A DNA stretch of 64,000 bases from Candidatus Wirthbacteria bacterium (GTDB taxonomy: Bacteria; Patescibacteriota; CG2-30-54-11): NCBI GenBank assembly GCA_903889905.1, contig CAISZI010000048.1:5881-69880 (forward strand). Direction: 5' to 3'. This document shows, in pieces, positions 57,194 through 64,000 of the stretch. Within the stretch, counting starts at the first letter, position 1, and every line of letters begins with the position of its first letter. A program made the position numbers and the translations under genes. The notes below the pieces were generated by a model, which made no database searches, had not been told where the DNA came from, and worked only from the letters and a program-made list of their open reading frames with translations.

Positions 57194-57946
57194 CTACCGC
57201 ATTATAGGGCGGATGGATTGGTGCTGCAACTCTTGCATGATGAACTGCTGACTAAGGCTAACCCGTTCATCAAATTCCGACGAATTAAAGCGTGGCATGT
57301 CACTCCCCAACAGATCTGCCCAAATAAATAACATCAAATCAATGGCGGCGCTGCCGGCAATATCCCGGTAGTAACCAAAATAAACCGTTTTGTCCCGCGT
57401 CCGCAAAATATGGCTGACGATCTCATAGGGCAACGCGTGCAAAAGCACAATTTTCTGGACAAAGTGCGTATCCCGTTTCTCCCAGCCAAAACGTTCCGCA
57501 AATGCAGGCAGCATTGCGCTCGAAATCGCCTCATGTCCGGGACAGCTCGTCTTGCCGCGCGGGTCAACGGACAGCGTCACAGGTTTGGAAATATCATGCA
57601 GCAGTACAGCTCCCTTGAGCAGGGTTCCGCGTCTTGCCTGCCCGATGGTTTGTGACAGATGTTCCTGCAGCTGAGTCCGTTGGTGTTCCGAAAGCCAATC
57701 CAGTCGCATCACTTTTTCCCAGCCCGCCATCACGCCAATCGAGTGATCCAGCACGTTCTGCTGCAAGTGCGAGGCGCTGTTTTCTACCACCGCGCGCAAA
57801 GCATAATATTCCGGCAAAACGTCGGCAAAATCGCCATTTTTGAGCTTTGCAGCTGTTATTTCCAGCAAATCAAGCATCGCCAGTCTCCCGCTGATGGGTA
57901 AACCCAAGACAGCGGTATTGTAATACGAAATCAAGCATTCTGCCAT
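57194..57946 (-). CDS. HD-domain protein (start may be 57877)
   Basis: H..NVLDHS, LLHDISKP, GHE, LH, ADLLG; resembles the HD module of CCA enzymes. Confidence 0.75.
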   Translation of the reverse strand: MAECLISYYNTAVLGLPISGRLAMLDLLEITAAKLKNGDFADVLPEYYALRAVVENSASHLQQNVLDHSIGVMAGWEKVMRLDWLSEHQRTQLQEHLSQTIGQARRGTLLKGAVLLHDISKPVTLSVDPRGKTSCPGHEAISSAMLPAFAERFGWEKRDTHFVQKIVLLHALPYEIVSHILRTRDKTVYFGYYRDIAGSAAIDLMLFIWADLLGSDMPRFNSSEFDERVSLSQQFIMQELQHQSIRPIMR

Positions 57947-57964
57947 GACCTGGGAATGACTTTG

Positions 57965-58007
57965 CCCGCCCCTGCATCAGCGGGGGAGGGTTTGGGAAGG
58001 GGTGAGT

Positions 58008-58009
<2 letters not shown>
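57965..58009. repeat. Degenerate hairpin with G-rich tail
   Basis: CCCGCCCCTGC-ATCA-GCGGGGGAGGG then TTTGGGAAGGGGTGAGTTC; shares the TGAGTTC end with the 54960 copy. Confidence 0.45.
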
Positions 58010-59195
<1,186 letters not shown>

Positions 59196-59263
59196 CTATT
59201 TCAGTCAAAAAAATATAAAATTTGTTCGTTTTTAGATTTAATTGTTAATAATTTAACAAAACC

Positions 59264-59944
59264 ATGAAAACCATCGCCTCTGTGGTCGCGACAATCATCA
59301 CCCGCGTACCCTTCGTCGAAGAAGGTCTGGCGCAGGGGTTGATCAATTTGTCACAGCTCAGCCGGCAAATTAAACCCGATATCGAAAACGTACTCGACAA
59401 ACCTGTCCAAATCGGCGCCATTGTCATGGCGCTGAAACGATTGGCGCCACAGATTGTCGCGCAGTCCCAACATTTCAACGCCATTCTTGGTCAAATTCAG
59501 GACATAACCATCAAATCCAATCTGGTCAGTTACACTTTTGATAAATCCAGCTCCACCCACCACGCGCTCGACCTGCTCTCGCAGCACAAAGAACTCTTCA
59601 CCAGTCATTTTTTTACTTACACGCAGGGCATCAGTGAAACCTGTGTCATGGCGGATGCCACTTTCCGAATTTTGATCGAACAGATTTTCAGCGAACAGCA
59701 CAAAGTTCTAGAAGTACTCGATATATCCTCCATGACCATACGACTCCCTGCCTCCAATGTTCAAATGCCCGGTGTGTATTATGCCATTCTCAAACTTTTC
59801 GCCTGGAACAACATCAATCTGACCGATATGGTGTCCACTGCCAACGAGCTGACATTGCTGATGGAGGACCGTTTTATTGACAGTGCTTTTTCACTGCTCA
59901 AAAAACACCTCCGTTTAATTGAACAAAAAGCCCCAAAAGCTTGA
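59264..59944 (+). CDS. ACT-domain protein (family often labelled aspartate kinase-like; no kinase domain)
   Basis: GLINLSQLSRQI..AIVMALKR N-terminus; PGVYYAILKLFAWNNINL..MVSTANELT. Confidence 0.75.
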   Translation: MKTIASVVATIITRVPFVEEGLAQGLINLSQLSRQIKPDIENVLDKPVQIGAIVMALKRLAPQIVAQSQHFNAILGQIQDITIKSNLVSYTFDKSSSTHHALDLLSQHKELFTSHFFTYTQGISETCVMADATFRILIEQIFSEQHKVLEVLDISSMTIRLPASNVQMPGVYYAILKLFAWNNINLTDMVSTANELTLLMEDRFIDSAFSLLKKHLRLIEQKAPKA

Positions 59945-60016
59945 AAAATCAAGGGTAATCTTCTATTATTGCAACTTGGGGTAATAGGCCCAAATTAAAG
60001 ACAAAACAAAACCCCG

Positions 60017-62479
60017 ATGGTACAAATCATCAACCATAACTCCGATCCCAACAGCCCCGGCCACCGCCGAGGCATTTTGGAGTTGAAACCCAAAGAACCA
60101 GAAAGTGTCAGACTGCTTCGCACCCAGCTGCAGCTTGAAAAAAACCACAACCAGACGCGACTTTTGGCACTCTGGAGCATCACTGTTCATACGCTTCTAC
60201 TCCCGCTGACGTTGCTGCTGGAAATCGGTAAAGAACTGCGCTGGTTTTACCGGCGCCGCAATCAAATCCTGCAAACCAGGCAAAAAAACAATACGCCCGG
60301 CGCTTCCTCCATTCCCCACAGCCTCAAACATCCGGACGCACCAATGCTGCACCGGATGCGTACCCTTGACCTGAAAATCGCCGCGCACCAAAGTCCACTG
60401 CAATACCGCCCCGATCATGCCCAACGCGCAATGCAGCAACGCGGCCACAACCTGCAGCACAGCCCGGGAAATGCCGACACGATCACCCCAATGCCACAGC
60501 ACTTACAGCCGTCAACATCGGACAAATACAAAACAAACTCTGCACCAGCTTTCCTGCCTCCCCGTTTGCTGCATTTTCCAGTTATCCGGCGCTTTGGCTG
60601 GCCGGGCGTGCTGAGCGTGGTTGTTTTTATACTGATTATAGGCACACTGCTTTACCGTTTTCTGATCACCACCTACCAGAAAACCTATGCCGACGCCATG
60701 ACCGCCTCCGACCATCTGCATCTCGCCCAACTCGCACTGCAGGAGCAACGCTTTGATGATGCCCGGTTTGAGTTCCTGACCGCCAAAAACAGTTTTGAGG
60801 GCGCGCTCCAGAATATTAAGTCCAATCTTTCACTCACCATGATTCCAATTGTGAGCAGCCGCGTCAATGCTGGCGAAACCGTGCTCCAGGTGGGCCAGAT
60901 CATTTCACAAACCGGCTACGACCTGACCAGCGCGCTGCAACCGGTGACGGACATTATGAAGGGCAAAGACTCGAGTCAGGTGCAGACGCAGACATCGATG
61001 GCGGACTACACCACCTTGGCCATGAAAACACTGGCTTTGGCTCGGCCAAAATTTCAAAACTCCCTCGCCGATTTGAAATACGCCCTGATTTTGCTGAACC
61101 GTGTCAATATGCAGGACCTGGATGGCAACCTGCGCGACCAACTGAATGGCAACAAAGACAAACTGGGTAAGCTGATCGATCTCATGAGCCAGACCGAAAG
61201 TCTTTCGGAAGTTTTGCCAGAACTGCTGGGCGCCAATGGTGCCCGTGATTATCTGCTGCTGTTTCAGAACACAGCCGAGAAACGCCCGACCGGCGGTTTC
61301 ATTGGCAGCTACGGTATCATTTCCTTTGATCAAGGCAAGCTCAGCAATTTCTTTACCGACAATGTCTATAATCCTGATGGCCAGCTCAATGTCAAAGGCA
61401 TTATCAATGTGCCGCCGCTGCCACTGCAGCGCATTACACCCAACTGGGCCATGCGTGACGGCAACTGGTCGCCCGACTATCCGACATCCGCCAATCAAAT
61501 CAAGGAATTTTACCAGCAGGGTTCTAATCGCGAAGTGAATGGCGTGATTGCCGTCACGCCCGATCTGATCCAGCAAATCATGCAGCTGGTGGGGCCGATT
61601 TACCTGAGCAACTGGAATGAAATCGTCACAGCCGACAACATCATCCCGCTCATTCAGTACAAAGTAGACATCCAGTTCAAAAACGCACCGGATCCCAAAA
61701 TGTTCCTGATTGATTTATCCAAAGTTCTGTTTGACAAAATCATGAGCCTTACTCCGGAGGACTGGCCCAAACTGATGACCATCATCAACACCTCGCTCAA
61801 GGACAAACTGATCCTGATGTGGTCGCCCAATGCCACCGTTGCCAGTTGGCTGCAGTCCAGCAACTTTGACGGCCGCACCAAGGCCTGGGATGGGGATTAT
61901 CTGCAGATCAATACCGCCAACATCGGCGGCACCAAATCCAGCCAGTTTGTGAATGAAAGTTACAAACTGATGACCAACATTAATGCCAATGGCGAAATCG
62001 AAAACACCGTAACCATTACTTACCAGCACACCGGCAATTATGACTGGCCGAGCGGTCCACTCATTGCTTACCAGCGTATTTATGTGCCCAAGGGTAGCCA
62101 GCTGCTGGAAACATCCGACAATCACCAGGGCGGCGGCAAAGAAGGCATTACCGAAGTCTATGATGACCTTGGCAAAACGGTTTTCGGTGACTATCTGCAC
62201 GTTGATCCAGGCAACACGCTCACTTTGAGTTATACCTACAAATTGCCTTTCACCATTTCACTCCAGGATCATCCGACCTATGCCATTCTGATCCAGAAAC
62301 AGCCAGGCACGGTAGCACTGCAGCTGGACGAGGATATTGTCTTTGATGCCTCCACCATTGAACCGCTTAAAGCGCAGGGTGAGCTGCAGCTGAAAAACCG
62401 CAATGACATTGGCGTCAGTTACAAAATGGACACCGACAAAACCTATAGCGTGACCTTCAAAAAGCACGACGTCTTATAA
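60017..62479 (+). CDS. DUF4012-domain membrane protein
   Basis: YLLLFQNTAEKRPTGGFIGSYG, RDGNWSPDYPTSA, GVIAVTP, IQKQPG. Confidence 0.85.
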   Translation: MVQIINHNSDPNSPGHRRGILELKPKEPESVRLLRTQLQLEKNHNQTRLLALWSITVHTLLLPLTLLLEIGKELRWFYRRRNQILQTRQKNNTPGASSIPHSLKHPDAPMLHRMRTLDLKIAAHQSPLQYRPDHAQRAMQQRGHNLQHSPGNADTITPMPQHLQPSTSDKYKTNSAPAFLPPRLLHFPVIRRFGWPGVLSVVVFILIIGTLLYRFLITTYQKTYADAMTASDHLHLAQLALQEQRFDDARFEFLTAKNSFEGALQNIKSNLSLTMIPIVSSRVNAGETVLQVGQIISQTGYDLTSALQPVTDIMKGKDSSQVQTQTSMADYTTLAMKTLALARPKFQNSLADLKYALILLNRVNMQDLDGNLRDQLNGNKDKLGKLIDLMSQTESLSEVLPELLGANGARDYLLLFQNTAEKRPTGGFIGSYGIISFDQGKLSNFFTDNVYNPDGQLNVKGIINVPPLPLQRITPNWAMRDGNWSPDYPTSANQIKEFYQQGSNREVNGVIAVTPDLIQQIMQLVGPIYLSNWNEIVTADNIIPLIQYKVDIQFKNAPDPKMFLIDLSKVLFDKIMSLTPEDWPKLMTIINTSLKDKLILMWSPNATVASWLQSSNFDGRTKAWDGDYLQINTANIGGTKSSQFVNESYKLMTNINANGEIENTVTITYQHTGNYDWPSGPLIAYQRIYVPKGSQLLETSDNHQGGGKEGITEVYDDLGKTVFGDYLHVDPGNTLTLSYTYKLPFTISLQDHPTYAILIQKQPGTVALQLDEDIVFDASTIEPLKAQGELQLKNRNDIGVSYKMDTDKTYSVTFKKHDVL

Positions 62480-62776
62480 AGCGGTTTCGTCCCTGGCTTT
62501 TTGGGTAAACAACCACAGCCAGCCAACGCCCCAGACCACCAGCAGTAGCACCAGAAACGCTTCGATCAGATTGCCAATGCCAAGGTGAATTTTGCCCAGA
62601 TTCAAGGTAAGCTGGTGAAAATCGCCGCTGTCGGAAAACGCACCGACAAACGGCATGAGCAGATTGTCCACCAACGCTTTGACCAGATCGAGATAGACCA
62701 ACGCCGTGATGATGCCAGCGCCAATCGTAAACCCCTGACGTTCTTCGAGATATTTGAACAAATTTTTAAGTGGCAC
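62474..62776 (-). CDS. MscL-like mechanosensitive channel (divergent)
   Basis: LVKALVDNLLMPFVG, G.L..GNLI; two TM segments. Confidence 0.55.
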   Translation of the reverse strand: MPLKNLFKYLEERQGFTIGAGIITALVYLDLVKALVDNLLMPFVGAFSDSGDFHQLTLNLGKIHLGIGNLIEAFLVLLLVVWGVGWLWLFTQKARDETAL

Positions 62777-62791
62777 AGGTCTCTCCCTTTT

Positions 62792-63286
62792 TTAACGCAA
62801 CAGCAGCACTAAGATACCACCAATCATGCCAATTAACATCCCCGCCACCACATCGCTGAGATAATGTTTGCCCAGATAGAGCCGGGAATAAATGATCGCC
62901 GCGGCAATACTGCTAAGGAGTGTCGCAAACGCCGGAAACCAATGTCCCAGAAGCATTGCACCCATGACGGATGAGGCAGCATGACCGGAGGGAAACGAAT
63001 AGGGATCACGGGATTGCCGCAAAGGAAGAGGCCGTGGACGTTTGACCCGAGCTTTGATAAGTCGTGTCACCAGCAAATACAAACCCGCCTGCCCCAAAGT
63101 CATGCAGCCAACATAACGCCAATTTCCAGAAACGATACTTGCTCCCAGGGCAAGCAAAAGCCACAAAAAAGCCATTTCCCCCAACCGGGTGATGGCGACA
63201 AACAGGGCACGCAAAAGAGCAGGCTTGGGCCCACAGCTAAGCCGATCCGTTAATTGAGCGTCTATTTTTTTGACCACTTTTAGCAC
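62792..63286 (-). CDS. PAP2 phosphatase
   Basis: K..VKRPRP, SFPSGH, SRLYLGKHYLSDV. Confidence 0.9.
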   Translation of the reverse strand: MLKVVKKIDAQLTDRLSCGPKPALLRALFVAITRLGEMAFLWLLLALGASIVSGNWRYVGCMTLGQAGLYLLVTRLIKARVKRPRPLPLRQSRDPYSFPSGHAASSVMGAMLLGHWFPAFATLLSSIAAAIIYSRLYLGKHYLSDVVAGMLIGMIGGILVLLLR

Positions 63287-63418
63287 CTTCCCTCCTTTTT
63301 GACCGCTCTATTGTACTGAAATTGTTGTGGCAAAGAAATGCCCGCGGGTTTGCCCTCTTGACGCATTCGGCAAAGCTTACTAATCTAGGCAAGCCATGCC
63401 CACCAAAAAGGAATCGCA

Positions 63419-64000
63419 ATGACATCCCCAAAATTTTCACTGGCCAATCTGATTTCCGGCTTGTTTTTTATTGCGGTCGGACTGATCGGACTTTCACCGC
63501 TGCTTGGCATAGCCATCAACTGGAGCCGTCTGTGGCCATTTCTGCTGCTGCTGGTCGGCGCCGCCGTTTGCCTGCCCCCCTTGATCACCAATAACCGCAG
63601 CCAGGGCAAGGTCAGCCTGATGGTCGGCACCTGGCTGATGGTGCTTGGCCTTTATTTTGAGGTCATGGCGCTCACCAACTGGACATGGGTAACGCAAACT
63701 CAGGCCATGGAAACATTTGCCCTGGCGCTCGGTTTTTGGGCCGTATGGGCCTACGACAATCATCGGCGTCGGTATTTCAATCTGGGTGTGTTGTTCTCAA
63801 GCCTGGCGCTTGCCCAACTTGTGACCACCAATTTTACCAGCCTGTTTTTGCCCGTCCTGTTTCTGTTCTTTGGCATCTGGTTTCTGGTACGCAAAGACCG
63901 TAAACCCAAGGACACAACTGCGGAACTGTCAATGCCACACATTGTACCGCCCGTCATGATTGTCCCCGATGACAATTCCCAACCCGCCAGCGTCAAGATC
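63419..64000 (+). CDS. LiaF/DUF5668-like membrane protein; truncated at the window edge
   Basis: Translated by hand from ATG 63419 (AAGGA RBS): GLFFIAVG...WSRLWPFLLLLVG; open to the end of the window. Confidence 0.7.
   Translation, partial: MTSPKFSLANLISGLFFIAVGLIGLSPLLGIAINWSRLWPFLLLLVGAAVCLPPLITNNRSQGKVSLMVGTWLMVLGLYFEVMALTNWTWVTQTQAMETFALALGFWAVWAYDNHRRRYFNLGVLFSSLALAQLVTTNFTSLFLPVLFLFFGIWFLVRKDRKPKDTTAELSMPHIVPPVMIVPDDNSQPASVKI

Overview
Bacterial chromosomal window, about 50% GC by eye, genetic code 11. The gene content suggests Patescibacteria/CPR (DUF4012, DUF4214 surface proteins, a PP2C-like/beta-propeller membrane protein, a CPR-style glycan locus), but the lineage is an inference. 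In order it holds: two tandem DUF4214 surface proteins (the first runs off the left edge and is absent from the ORF track); cca, a HAD hydrolase and yggS; a DNA-repair cluster (SbcD-like, SbcC-like, DUF559, UvrD fused to a PD-(D/E)XK nuclease); ppsA and pyk; rnhA with a GT2 and two TMTC-like GT-C/TPR genes; an islet of lipoprotein ORFans; RNase P RNA; a glycan locus with guaB and rpiB; three different CAU tRNAs around an ftsB-like gene; mgtA, SRAP and zur-znuACB; a lipoate/glycine-cleavage operon; homocitrate synthase with a divergent ACT protein; DUF4012, an mscL-like gene and PAP2. The top candidate for an undescribed system is a DUF559 endonuclease gene bracketed on both sides by inverted doublets of a hairpin repeat, a REPtron-like layout without a RAYT, with related solitary copies elsewhere. 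Also notable are an RNase P RNA whose P9 helix is expanded by heptamer repeats, a roughly 240-nt G-U-rich structured leader, and several palindrome families, one of them translated inside a gene. No CRISPR array, rRNA, integrase or transposase was seen.
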